A stretch of DNA of 40,000 bases from Geitlerinema sp. BBD 1991-9 (GTDB lineage: Bacteria > Cyanobacteriota > Cyanobacteriia > Cyanobacteriales > Geitlerinemataceae), in the NCBI GenBank assembly GCA_001657325.1, contig LWRO01000015.1:105539-145538 (forward strand). Reading direction: 5' to 3'. The number at the start of each line of letters is the position of its first letter. The stretch's first letter is position 1. Positions 27,623-37,392 of this stretch are shown piece by piece. The position numbers were made by a program, and so were the translations under genes. Below the pieces are notes generated by a model. It had not been told where the DNA came from. It saw nothing but the letters and a program-made list of their open reading frames with translations, and made no database searches.

Positions 27623-27664
27623 CCCCTCCCTTTTCCCTCCATCCCCTTCATCTAGGAGATCGCA

Positions 27665-29233
27665 ATGACTGAGAACGTTAATCCCCAAGCACCGGAGAAT
27701 ACTCCCGAACCCGGCAAAATCCAAGACCACTTCGATCTGTTCCAAACCGACACCTACCAAGACCTCTTTGAATACAAGCGTCAATTTGAAGGGGCCCACA
27801 GCACTGAGAAAGTGGCTGAAGTCGCTGAATGGACCAAGAGTTGGGAGTATCGCGAAAAGAACTTTGCTCGGGAAGCCCTGACGATTAACCCAGCCAAAGC
27901 CTGCCAGCCTCTGGGTTCCCTGTTTGTCGCTTCGGGTTTTGAAGGCACTCTGCCCTACAGCCACGGTTCCCAAGGTTGCGTAGCCTACTTCCGCACCCAC
28001 TTAACCCGCAACTATAAAGAGCCGTTCCAAGCCGTTTCCTCCTCCATGACTGAGGATGCAGCCGTGTTCGGGGGACTGAATAACCTCAAGCAGGGACTGC
28101 ACAATTCCTATACCCTGTACAATCCCAAGATGATTGCCCTCTGTACCACCTGTATGGCTGAGGTGATCGGGGATGACATTGGTGCTTTCATCCAGACGAC
28201 CAAGAACGAAGGACTGATTCCCGAGGACTTACCCGTTCCTTCGGCTCATACCCCCAGCTTTGTCGGTTCCCACATCACGGGCTACGACAACATGCTCATC
28301 AGCATCTTGAAGACGCTGACGGAAGGCAAAAAGACCGAAACGACCAACGGCAAGTTCAACTTCAACCTAGGCTTCGATCCCTATGTGGGCAACATCCGCG
28401 AGTTGAAGCGCATCTTAGAACTGTTTGGCATCGACTACACTATCCTGTCGGACAACTCGGATACTTTTGATTCTCCCAACACGGGTGAATTCAAGATGTA
28501 CAACGGCTTGACCACCCTGGAGGAAGCCGCTGACTCCATCAACGCCGAAGGGACCTTCTTCTTCCAGAAGTACACCACGCCCAAGACTCAAGAATACATC
28601 ACCAAAGAGTGGGGGCAGAAAACCTATAACTTCCGTCCCTTCGGCATCAAGGGTACTGATGAATTCCTGATGGCACTGTCAGCAATTACAGGCAAGGCTA
28701 TTCCTCAAGTTCTTCGGGAAGAACGGGGGCGCGCTGTTGATGCGATGACTGACTCCCAGGCTTGGATTCACGGTAAGCGCATTGCCCTCTACGGCGACCC
28801 CGACCACGTGTTTGGCATTACTCAGTTCTTGCTGGAAATGGGGGCTGAGCCCGTCCACATCGTCGTCACGAACAGTAACCCCGACTTTGAAGCTGAGCTT
28901 CGTGAAGTATTGACCAATAACCCCTACGGACAAGAAGCAACGATTTGGGGCAAGAAAGATCTGTGGCATCTTCGATCGCTCCTCTTCACCGAGCCGGTTG
29001 ATTTGCTGATTGGTAATTCCTATGGCAAATACCTCTGGCGCGATACCAAAACGCCATTGGTTCGGATTGGTTATCCCATCTTCGATCGCCACCACATGCA
29101 CCGCTATCCCACCATCGGCTATCAGGGGGCAATCAACCAATTCAACTGGATTGTGAACACAGTTCTGGACGAACTCGATCGTCAGACGATCGTCCCCGCC
29201 AAGACTGATATCTCCTTTGACCTGATTCGCTAA
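27665..29233 (+). CDS. nifK: Nitrogenase MoFe protein beta chain NifK
   Basis: 522 aa. Motifs HGSQGCVAYFR, CTTCMAEVIGDD, GYPIFDRHH. Confidence 0.99.
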   Translation: MTENVNPQAPENTPEPGKIQDHFDLFQTDTYQDLFEYKRQFEGAHSTEKVAEVAEWTKSWEYREKNFAREALTINPAKACQPLGSLFVASGFEGTLPYSHGSQGCVAYFRTHLTRNYKEPFQAVSSSMTEDAAVFGGLNNLKQGLHNSYTLYNPKMIALCTTCMAEVIGDDIGAFIQTTKNEGLIPEDLPVPSAHTPSFVGSHITGYDNMLISILKTLTEGKKTETTNGKFNFNLGFDPYVGNIRELKRILELFGIDYTILSDNSDTFDSPNTGEFKMYNGLTTLEEAADSINAEGTFFFQKYTTPKTQEYITKEWGQKTYNFRPFGIKGTDEFLMALSAITGKAIPQVLREERGRAVDAMTDSQAWIHGKRIALYGDPDHVFGITQFLLEMGAEPVHIVVTNSNPDFEAELREVLTNNPYGQEATIWGKKDLWHLRSLLFTEPVDLLIGNSYGKYLWRDTKTPLVRIGYPIFDRHHMHRYPTIGYQGAINQFNWIVNTVLDELDRQTIVPAKTDISFDLIR

Positions 29234-29239
29234 TTCCCG

Positions 29240-29267
29240 GTAGGGGCATGGCCGACTGTGCCCCTAC
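29240..29267 (+). other. Stem-loop after nifK (GTAGGGGCA, 10-nt loop, TGCCCCTAC)
   Basis: Read directly. Confidence 0.5.
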
Positions 29268-29293
29268 ACTCCCGTCCGGTACTGGAAATTATC

Positions 29294-29587
29294 ATGAAAC
29301 TCAGCGAAGAAATCGAACTCGATGGCCCCCCGATGTTCGATATGGGCAGCCGGGTTCGCACTCGCAAAGTCATCCGCAACGATGGCACTTTCCCCGGTAA
29401 AGATATCGGCTACCACCTGGCCAAGAAAGGTGACATTGGCTACATCGTCGGCATCGGCACTTACCTGCAACGGGCCTATGTCTACTCAGTGCATTTCCTT
29501 GAAACCAACTTTGTAGTGGGCTGCCTCAGTCGCGAATTGGAACTGGCGGACGAAGACTACAAGCCTTTGATTCAGCAAGAAGACTGA
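29294..29587 (+). CDS. nifZ: NifZ
   Basis: FDMGSRVRTRKVIRNDGTFPGKDIGYHLAKKGDIGYIVGIGTYLQRAYVYSVHF matches the NifZ domain. The ATG at 29294 is preferred over the GTG at 29258, which lies inside the nifK-distal hairpin. Confidence 0.88.
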   Translation: MKLSEEIELDGPPMFDMGSRVRTRKVIRNDGTFPGKDIGYHLAKKGDIGYIVGIGTYLQRAYVYSVHFLETNFVVGCLSRELELADEDYKPLIQQED

Positions 29588-29710
29588 CAAGCTCATTGAT
29601 GAGCTCATTTCGGATTTTGAATTCAAAATTGCCTGATTCCTGTAGCGCTGCCCACTACTCCACCAGCTTCCATCATTTGCAATTCCTACTTCAACCCCGA
29701 GACTCCTACG

Positions 29711-30040
29711 ATGGCACTTCTCACCCACCCTGCACACCCACACACTCACCCCGTCACAGTATCCCCTCGCCAGCAGACCGGCTTCGACATATTCCATCCC
29801 CTGCGCCGCTGGATCGATCGAATTGAAGTTACCAACCGCATTTTTGCCCATCTGGTTTGCCGAGTCATTCCCTGCTGCTGCCCCTTTGAGCGCGACATCA
29901 ACCTCTTTGGCCGCACAGTACACGTTCCTGCTCTGTGCGAACTTAACCCGGTCTACAACGAGTTGGTTGGCTTGCGGTTTCGGTCTTTGAGCTATTTAGC
30001 CGATGTTTGTGGCGAAGATGTGACTCGTTACGTCTGTTGA
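29711..30040 (+). CDS. Mo-dependent nitrogenase C-terminal domain family protein
   Basis: 109 aa. RIFAHLVCRVIPCCCPFERDINLFGRTVHVPALCELNP resembles the Mo-nitro_C family as I recall it. The N-terminus is His/Pro-rich. Confidence 0.7.
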   Translation: MALLTHPAHPHTHPVTVSPRQQTGFDIFHPLRRWIDRIEVTNRIFAHLVCRVIPCCCPFERDINLFGRTVHVPALCELNPVYNELVGLRFRSLSYLADVCGEDVTRYVC

Positions 30041-30080
30041 GCTTTGAGCTTCAAACAAGTTTGAACTTTGAGCTTTGAGC
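30036..30080. repeat. Heptamer repeats (G/T)TTGAGC, 2 + 2 copies flanking a TTCAAAC AA GTTTGAA palindrome (STRR-like)
   Basis: Read directly. The first copies overlap the stop codon of the 29711..30040 gene. Confidence 0.85.
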
Positions 30081-30171
30081 TTTAAATCCCCAATTCAAAG
30101 TTCCTCTCCTCCCCACCTCTATTCCTTCTCCAGTTCCCTCTCTGATTTACTCTCCCCACCCCCGCACCGCC

Positions 30172-32997
30172 ATGAAAATGACTGCTGGAAAAATCAACGA
30201 ACTGCTGACCCAGCCAGGCTGTGAACACAATCACAAAAAAGGCGAGAAGGGCAAAAACAAAGCCTGTCAGCAGCAGGCCAAACCCGGTGCTGCCCAAGGG
30301 GGATGTGCCTTTGACGGAGCCAGTATTGCCCTTGTGCCGATTACGGATGTGGCGCACCTGGTACACGGACCGATCGCCTGTGCTGGCAACTCCTGGGGAA
30401 GTCGGGGTAGCCTCTCCTCTGGCTCAACGATTTATAAAATGGGCTTCACCACGGATCTGAGCGAAAACGACATTATTTTTGGAGGAGAGAAGAAACTCTA
30501 CAAAGCAATTCAGGAAGTCAAGGATCGGTACAATCCTGCTGCCGTCTTTGTCTATCTCACCTGTGTGACGGCACTGATTGGAGACGACCTAGAGGCTGTG
30601 TGTCAAGCTGCAGCCCAAAAGTTTGATATTCCGGTGATACCTGTCAGCTCGCCTGGCTTTGTGGGTAGCAAGAACTTGGGGAATCGCATTGGTGGTGAAG
30701 CACTGCTGGACTATGTCGTGGGAACCCGAGAACCGGAATACACCACCCCCTATGACATCAATCTCATTGGCGAGTACAACATTGCCGGAGAGATGTGGGC
30801 GGTGACACCCCTGCTGGAAAAGCTCGGCATCCGCGTCCTGGCCAAGATTACTGGAGATGCCCGCTATCACGAAGTTGCCTGCGCCCATCGGGCCAAGCTC
30901 AACGTCATGATTTGCTCCAAGGCGCTGATCAATATGGCCCACAAGATGGAAGAGCGCTATGGAATTCCCTACTTTGAAGCCTCCATCTATGGTGTCGAAG
31001 ATATAAACCGTTTGCTGCGGACGATCGCCGAAAAACTTGGAGATGTCGATCTGCAAGCTCGTGTAGAGCAACTGATTCAGGCTGAAACGACCCAGCTTCA
31101 GGCAGCACTAGCTCCCTATCGTCAGCGCCTCCAGGGTAAGCGGATCGTTCTTTACACGGGCGGTGTCAAAAGCTGGTCGATTATCTCGGCTGCCCAGGAA
31201 CTCGGCATCGACGTGGCGGCCACCAGTACTAAGAAGAGTACCGAAGAAGACAAAGCCCGAATCAAAACTCTGCTCGGCAAAGACGGCATCATGCTCCAAA
31301 AAGGCAACGCCCAGGAACTCCTGAAGGTCATTGCCAAAACCAAAGCTGACATGCTGATTGCTGGAGGACGCAACCAATACACTGCCCTCAAAGCCAAAAT
31401 TCCCTTCCTCGATATCAACCAAGAACGCCATCACCCCTATGCGGGTTACTTGGGCATGATTGAAATGGCTAAGGAGCTAGACGAGGCGCTGCACAGTCCA
31501 ATTTGGGAGCAGGTTCGATCGACTGCACCGTGGGACGTGAAGGCGCAAGGAAGTGAGGAAGCGAAAGACCTCGATCGATCTCTTGGCATTGCTACGTCCA
31601 CAAAAACAAAAGTGGTATCCCGCCGGAAGGGAGTTGCTGTGAATCCCCTCAAGCAGAGTCAACCCCTTGGTGCAGCACTGGCTTTCTTGGGTATTAAAGG
31701 CATGATGCCTTTGTTCCACGGCTCCCAGGGTTGTACAGCCTTTGCCAAGGTGATGCTGGTGCGGCACTTCCGAGAAGCAATCCCGTTATCGACCACTGCA
31801 ATGACGGAAGTGACCACCATCTTGGGTGGGGAAGACAATATTGAGACAGCCATACTGACGTTGTTGGAGAAGTCCCAGCCAGAGGTTATCGGACTCTGCA
31901 CCACTGGACTGACCGAGACGCGGGGAGATGATATGCAGGGGATTCTACGAACCCTTCGCAAGCGCAACCCCGAACTCGCCGAGCTACCCATTGCTTTTGC
32001 CTCTACACCAGACTTTCGGGGTGCTTTGCAGGATGGCTATGCGGCAGCAGTGGAAGCGTTGGTGCGAGATATTCCCCTCGATAGGAACGAAGAGGCGAGG
32101 CTAGGCGATCTCGATACCGATGCGGTTGACACCCATCTGCCAACAGCGCGTCAAGTGACGGTGTTAGCCGGGCCTGCCTTGACTCCCGGTGACGTGCAGA
32201 CGGTGAAATCGATGGTTGCCGCCTTTAACCTGACGCCGATCGTCCTACCCGATTTGTCTACGTCTCTGGACGGACATTTGGCAGACGGTTACAGTGCGGT
32301 CACGAGTGGAGGAACAACGTTGGCAGCGTTGCGATCGATCGGTCACTCGACGTTCACTTTGGCCGTAGGACACAGCATGACCGGTGCTGCCAAACTTCTG
32401 CAACAGCGGTTTGGTACGGACTATGCCGTGTTTAATAGTTTGACGGGCTTGGGGGAGGTCGATCGTTTCCTGCAAACTCTTTCAGAATTGAGCGATCGAC
32501 CTGTCCCCGAGCCGCTTCGGCATCAACGCCGCCAGTTACAGGATGCCATCCTCGACACTCACTTTTTCTTCGGCCGCAAGCGAGTTGCGCTTGCCCTAGA
32601 GCCAGATCTGCTCCACGGCATTGCTTGGTGGCTTACCACCACTGGCGCTAAAGTTCATGCTGCTGTGACCACAACCAAATCGAAATTGCTTGAAGACTTG
32701 CCGATCGACACTGTCGAGATCGGCGATCTGGAGGACTTTGCCAACTCGGCCTCCGGCGCAGATTTGCTGATTGCAAACTCCAATGCCAAGTCCCTGGCTA
32801 AGACGCTTAATGTTCCCCTCTATCGTCTAGGTTTTCCTATCTTCGATCGCCTAGGCAACGGCCACCGCTCCACGGTTGGTTATGACGGTACCGCCCGGCT
32901 CCTCTTTGACATCGGCAACCTCTTTATGGAGGCCGACGAAGAAAACGCTCACGCCCAGGTTCACGCTTGGCGTGAGGGTAAGTTTGCTCCAAATTAG
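30172..32997 (+). CDS. nifEN: Fused NifE-NifN FeMo-cofactor biosynthesis scaffold (single 941-aa ORF)
   Basis: The N-terminal half carries NifE motifs ([29 protein letters not shown]). The C-terminal half carries NifN motifs ([49 protein letters not shown]). The frame is uninterrupted across the ~40-aa linker at about nt 31500-31640. Confidence 0.93.
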   Translation: MKMTAGKINELLTQPGCEHNHKKGEKGKNKACQQQAKPGAAQGGCAFDGASIALVPITDVAHLVHGPIACAGNSWGSRGSLSSGSTIYKMGFTTDLSENDIIFGGEKKLYKAIQEVKDRYNPAAVFVYLTCVTALIGDDLEAVCQAAAQKFDIPVIPVSSPGFVGSKNLGNRIGGEALLDYVVGTREPEYTTPYDINLIGEYNIAGEMWAVTPLLEKLGIRVLAKITGDARYHEVACAHRAKLNVMICSKALINMAHKMEERYGIPYFEASIYGVEDINRLLRTIAEKLGDVDLQARVEQLIQAETTQLQAALAPYRQRLQGKRIVLYTGGVKSWSIISAAQELGIDVAATSTKKSTEEDKARIKTLLGKDGIMLQKGNAQELLKVIAKTKADMLIAGGRNQYTALKAKIPFLDINQERHHPYAGYLGMIEMAKELDEALHSPIWEQVRSTAPWDVKAQGSEEAKDLDRSLGIATSTKTKVVSRRKGVAVNPLKQSQPLGAALAFLGIKGMMPLFHGSQGCTAFAKVMLVRHFREAIPLSTTAMTEVTTILGGEDNIETAILTLLEKSQPEVIGLCTTGLTETRGDDMQGILRTLRKRNPELAELPIAFASTPDFRGALQDGYAAAVEALVRDIPLDRNEEARLGDLDTDAVDTHLPTARQVTVLAGPALTPGDVQTVKSMVAAFNLTPIVLPDLSTSLDGHLADGYSAVTSGGTTLAALRSIGHSTFTLAVGHSMTGAAKLLQQRFGTDYAVFNSLTGLGEVDRFLQTLSELSDRPVPEPLRHQRRQLQDAILDTHFFFGRKRVALALEPDLLHGIAWWLTTTGAKVHAAVTTTKSKLLEDLPIDTVEIGDLEDFANSASGADLLIANSNAKSLAKTLNVPLYRLGFPIFDRLGNGHRSTVGYDGTARLLFDIGNLFMEADEENAHAQVHAWREGKFAPN

Positions 32998-33009
32998 ATG
33001 GAGGCTCTT

Positions 33010-33435
33010 ATGAAGATTGCATTTGCAACCCAAGATTCAGTTCATATCAACGCTCACTTTGGATGGGCTAGCAAAATTGATGTCTACGATGCTGACACCA
33101 ATGGCTATACCTTCCTAGAAACCCTGGAATTCCAGGGTAATCTCCAAGAAGACGGAAATGAAGACAAGCTCGAACCCAAGCTCCGAGCCTTACAGGGTTG
33201 CACAATTGTCTATGTTTCGGCAATCGGGGGTAGTGCTGCTGCCCGCCTAATTCACAAGAACATTACTCCGATTAAGGCTGAATCAGAAGCCGACGAAATT
33301 GAAGAAGTTCTGACGCGGTTCGTAAAAACCCTCAATGGGAACCCGCCCCCTTGGCTGCGTAAGGCCTTGTTGAAAAATCAACCCCGCAACTTTGAAGACA
33401 GTTTTGAATCGATCGAGGAGGAAATTACCGTATGA
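33010..33435 (+). CDS. nifX: NifX
   Basis: MKIAFATQDSVHINAHFGWASKIDVYD...YVSAIGGSAAARL...PPPWLRKAL. GGAGG lies 5 nt upstream of the ATG at 33010. The alternative ATG at 32998 abuts the nifEN stop. Confidence 0.92.
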   Translation: MKIAFATQDSVHINAHFGWASKIDVYDADTNGYTFLETLEFQGNLQEDGNEDKLEPKLRALQGCTIVYVSAIGGSAAARLIHKNITPIKAESEADEIEEVLTRFVKTLNGNPPPWLRKALLKNQPRNFEDSFESIEEEITV

Positions 33436-33917
33436 GCCTTGTTGAAAATACAGCTGCTGTTGAAGCGCCCAATACCTTCGTCGCCGATGAAGCACCGTTT
33501 CTCAATGCGATCGTCCAGCAGATTCGTGCAAACGATTCCTATGGTACTTATCGCAACTGGTCGAATGAACTCTTACTGAAACCCTACATTCTTTCCAAAA
33601 AGCAACGTCGGGAAATTCCAGTGGAGGGAGATGTCGATCCCATCACGAAGGGTCGGATTCTGGCCTTCTATCGCGCTGTGGCCGCTCGGATTGAAGAAGA
33701 AACCGGTCAACTTTCCCAGGTCACGATCGATCTCAGTCACGAGGGCTTCGGTTGGGCGCTGATCTTCTCCGGTCGTCTGATTCTTGTTTCCAAGACCCTG
33801 CGAGACGTGCAACGCTTTGGCTTTGATTCTTTAGAAAAACTTAATGCCGAAGGCGAAAAATTGGTCGCAAAAGGTATCGATTTAGCCAAACGGTTTCCAG
33901 AGGTCTGCGATATCTAA
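33432..33917 (+). CDS. NifX-associated nitrogen fixation protein (DUF269)
   Basis: 161 aa, with an ATGA overlap with nifX. ILAFYRAVAARIEEETGQ...SHEGFGWALIFSGRLILV is typical of DUF269. Confidence 0.88.
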   Translation: MSLVENTAAVEAPNTFVADEAPFLNAIVQQIRANDSYGTYRNWSNELLLKPYILSKKQRREIPVEGDVDPITKGRILAFYRAVAARIEEETGQLSQVTIDLSHEGFGWALIFSGRLILVSKTLRDVQRFGFDSLEKLNAEGEKLVAKGIDLAKRFPEVCDI

Positions 33918-33972
33918 TTAAAGTCCCCTCACGATCCGAAAGCCTAACCTCTATATCGCCGACTTAACGCCC

Positions 33973-34194
33973 ATGCCTCAAACGACTCAACCCACCACAA
34001 TTGACGAGCTGAAAACCAAAATCAAAAAGCTCAACAGTAAGGCCGGTCAGATGAAAATGGATCTTCACGACATTGCTGAAGGTCTCCCCGCTGACCTCGA
34101 ACAACTCCCCGAAGCGGCTGCTCGCACCTACGAAATCTACTGCCAGCTTCGCGATCTCAGACAGCAGCTCAAAGCCTTGGAGTCCAACCCATGA
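33973..34194 (+). CDS. DUF683/CCE_0567-family small nif-cluster protein
   Basis: 73 aa. Conserved position between DUF269 and nifW, with the motif [12 protein letters not shown]. Confidence 0.8.
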   Translation: MPQTTQPTTIDELKTKIKKLNSKAGQMKMDLHDIAEGLPADLEQLPEAAARTYEIYCQLRDLRQQLKALESNP

Positions 34195-34505
34195 CTGTCC
34201 CCAAAACCCTAGCTCAGTTCAATCAGCTCAAAGATGCTGAGGAGTATTTCGAGTTCTTTGAACTGCCCTACGATCCTCAAGTCGTCAACGTCAATCGCCT
34301 GCACATTCTGCGGAAGTTCTCCCAACTGGTGCAGGCAGAAGACAAAAACCAGAGCGAAGAGGAACTGCTCGATGCTTATCGGCAGGCACTCCTCAACGCC
34401 TATAACTTGTTCTTGAACTCCTCCGGGGTGGAACAAAAGCTGTTTAAGGTGTTTCAAGATAAGCCTTCAAACGTGGTGATGGTATCCGATATTGTCGAGG
34501 AATAG
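34191..34505 (+). CDS. nifW: Nitrogenase-stabilizing/protective protein NifW
   Basis: 104 aa, with an ATGA overlap with the upstream gene. Motif [31 protein letters not shown]. Confidence 0.9.
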   Translation: MTVPKTLAQFNQLKDAEEYFEFFELPYDPQVVNVNRLHILRKFSQLVQAEDKNQSEEELLDAYRQALLNAYNLFLNSSGVEQKLFKVFQDKPSNVVMVSDIVEE

Positions 34506-34553
34506 GGCGCTCGCCAATCCGTCCTCCCCTGCTCTCTACTTCTCATCAAAATA

Positions 34554-35339
34554 ATGCTCCCAACCTTGACTCCTACAGAAGTCGATCGCTACCGCCGCCA
34601 GATGATGCTGCCCGGCTTGGGCGAAATCGGACAACGCCAGCTCAAAAACACCACGGCCTTGGTCACTGGGGTCGGCGGTCTGGGGGGAACGGCTGCTCTG
34701 TATCTGGCAGTAGCAGGGGTGGGCAAATTAATTCTGGTGCGCGGTGGCAACTTGCAGCGAGATGACCTCAATCGCCAGATCCTGATGACCGATGACTGGG
34801 TGGGCAAACCTCGGGTCTTCAAAGCCCAGGACACTCTAACCCAGATCAATCCTGATATCGAGGTTGAGGCCATCTGCGAATATGTCAGTTCTGACAATAT
34901 CGACCCCTTAGTGCAGCAAGCCGATATTGCCCTCGACTGTGCCTTTGACTTCAAAGAGAGGGACTTGCTCAACGCAGCCTGTGTGCGCTGGGGCAAACCC
35001 ATGATTGAGGCTGCCATGAACGGTATGGAAGCCTACCTCACTACCATTGTGCCAGGGCAAACCCCCTGTCTCTCCTGCTTGTTTCCGGAAAAACCGGAGT
35101 GGGATCGCTGGGGCTTTGGGGTCTTGGGAGCAGTATCTGGCACACTAGCTTGTTTAGCAGCTTTGGAGGCCGTCAAGCTGATTACCGGTTTAGGCGATCC
35201 CCTACTCGGACAGCTACTGACGATGGACTTAGCTCGTGCTGAATTTGCCAAGCGCCGCCCCTACCACGATCCTGAGTGTCCAGTATGCGGCCACATCACC
35301 AAGGCACACCGATCTGCCAGTTTGACGGCGACCGTCTAA
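34554..35339 (+). CDS. hesA: HesA/MoeB/ThiF-family adenylyltransferase
   Basis: YRRQMMLPGLGEIGQRQL, the GVGGLGG nucleotide-binding loop, and CLSC...CPVC zinc-motif cysteines. Confidence 0.9.
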   Translation: MLPTLTPTEVDRYRRQMMLPGLGEIGQRQLKNTTALVTGVGGLGGTAALYLAVAGVGKLILVRGGNLQRDDLNRQILMTDDWVGKPRVFKAQDTLTQINPDIEVEAICEYVSSDNIDPLVQQADIALDCAFDFKERDLLNAACVRWGKPMIEAAMNGMEAYLTTIVPGQTPCLSCLFPEKPEWDRWGFGVLGAVSGTLACLAALEAVKLITGLGDPLLGQLLTMDLARAEFAKRRPYHDPECPVCGHITKAHRSASLTATV

Positions 35340-35550
35340 GACCCGCTGGAGACATCGTTCAAAATAACGCCCAAAACCACTACAGTCCTCGCGCCGACTT
35401 CCTTCCACTACATTCAGCCACGGCTCCAATCTGATTGAAAAGCATCGCGTTTTTGGCTGTCTCGATTTCCCCGAACAGCAGTATCGATTTTGCCTAGCAA
35501 TCGCTTTCCACGCCGATTGTCATCGATCCTTAACCTCAAGGAGACTTGCT

Positions 35551-35916
35551 ATGACCGTTACCCTCACTGAGCTTGCCGAACTCCGTCTGCGAACTTTTGT
35601 TCGCGGAACCCCTAACTACACCCCAGAACGAGGCATTCGTTTGGCTGTCAAAGATGGTGGCTGCAACGGCTATGAATATGACATTAAAGTTGCCAATGCA
35701 CCAAAACCTGACGACGAAATCGTGCAGTCAGGCAGTCTCAGAATCTTCATCGACCCGACCAGCGCCCCCGTACTCAACGGGGTGGTCGTGGACTACGTGG
35801 ACGGACTGCTCGAAAGTGGCTTCAAATTTACAAATCCCAATGCCACCGACACCTGTGGCTGTGGCAAGTCTTTCCAAGCCGGAGACTGCACACCAGAAGC
35901 TGTCCCTTGTTCTTAG
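35551..35916 (+). CDS. hesB: HesB/IscA-family Fe-S cluster assembly protein
   Basis: 121 aa. GCNGYEY and the C-terminal CGCGKSF. Confidence 0.9.
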   Translation: MTVTLTELAELRLRTFVRGTPNYTPERGIRLAVKDGGCNGYEYDIKVANAPKPDDEIVQSGSLRIFIDPTSAPVLNGVVVDYVDGLLESGFKFTNPNATDTCGCGKSFQAGDCTPEAVPCS

Positions 35917-35963
35917 GTCGTAGCCGACGAGCCTATGGGCTTTGCCCCTACCACACAGACTGA

Positions 35964-36338
<375 letters not shown>

Positions 36339-36583
36339 GATGGCATTCCATGTTGCCCGACAGCAGTAAAAACGTGTTGAACGGGGGAAATGGTCAGGGT
36401 GCAGACAAGCCCATCGCTGAGCGATTGCTTGAGATAGCTAGATCTATCCCCCGTTACATCAATCACCTGAGAACAGCGTTCTCCAGTTTGTGGCTTGCAT
36501 ACGTTAAAATTCGTTGGTGCTCGCGCAAGAGACGATTCAGGCAATCGATATACACACATGACCGATCTGAAGGAGTCAAGCCG

Positions 36584-36613
36584 ATTTCAACGTTTCCAAT
36601 TTCAACGTTTCCC
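36584..36613. repeat. 15-nt tandem direct repeat (ATTTCAACGTTTCCA / ATTTCAACGTTTCCC), about 120 nt upstream of the flavodoxin gene
   Basis: Read directly; 14/15 identical. Confidence 0.9.
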
Positions 36614-36733
36614 AAAACTGGAGTCCCAAAAATTTACTAACGGGGGGTCATTCAGGATATCAAGACTATTCAAATACCCCCTGTAAGTATATCCAATGTT
36701 GTTTCAAAACCTTGTAGTAACAGGAGTCAGAAA

Positions 36734-37264
36734 ATGGCAGCAATTGGACTTTTCTACGGCAGCACTTCTGGTGTTACAGAAGAAATTGCAGAAAGAATCC
36801 GCGAGGAAATCGGAGAAGACATCTGTGATTTGTACAGCATGGCAGATGACTATGATGACTTCGAGGATCTACTGAACTATGAGTATTTAATCCTTGGCTG
36901 CTCAACTTGGGGTGCTGGGGAAGTTCAGAACGATTGGCGTGAACCCCTGTTCGACATAGAGGTCGAAAAACCAGATTTCTCTGGAAAAACGATCGCTCTA
37001 TTCGGAGCTGGAGATTGTACGGGTCATGGCAAGCATTTTGTCGGTGCTTTGGGAACCCTCCACGACCAATTTAAAGCCCTTGGTGCCAAGATCGTGGGAG
37101 CGGTGTCCATAGAGGACTATTCCTTTGAACAATCTACAGCAATTCGGGATGGTAAATTTGTCGGTTTACCCCTCGATGAAGTAAACGAAAGTGACAAAAC
37201 AGAACAACGGATTGCTGATTGGCTAGAAATTCTCAAGGCTGACTTTCCAGCACTGGCTGCCTAA
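36734..37264 (+). CDS. Long-chain flavodoxin (nif-associated)
   Basis: 176 aa. MAAIGLFYGSTSGVTEEIAE (FMN phosphate loop), LILGCSTWG, ALFGAGD. Confidence 0.9.
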   Translation: MAAIGLFYGSTSGVTEEIAERIREEIGEDICDLYSMADDYDDFEDLLNYEYLILGCSTWGAGEVQNDWREPLFDIEVEKPDFSGKTIALFGAGDCTGHGKHFVGALGTLHDQFKALGAKIVGAVSIEDYSFEQSTAIRDGKFVGLPLDEVNESDKTEQRIADWLEILKADFPALAA

Positions 37265-37276
37265 GACGAAGGACTT

Positions 37277-37326
37277 CTAACCTGAATCTCTGCTGGGGAC
37301 ACGCTGGCAGTAGAGATTCAGGTTAG
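37277..37326 (+). terminator. 15-bp perfect stem-loop (CTAACCTGAATCTCT, 20-nt loop, AGAGATTCAGGTTAG) immediately after the flavodoxin stop
   Basis: Read directly. No U-tract follows, so it may be a transcript-stabilising hairpin rather than an intrinsic terminator. Confidence 0.45.
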
Positions 37327-37392
37327 ACAACAATCTAAAAATACAGGCAAAGGAAAGATTTTCTTGGGAACGATCTCCCTACTTTATTTCAC

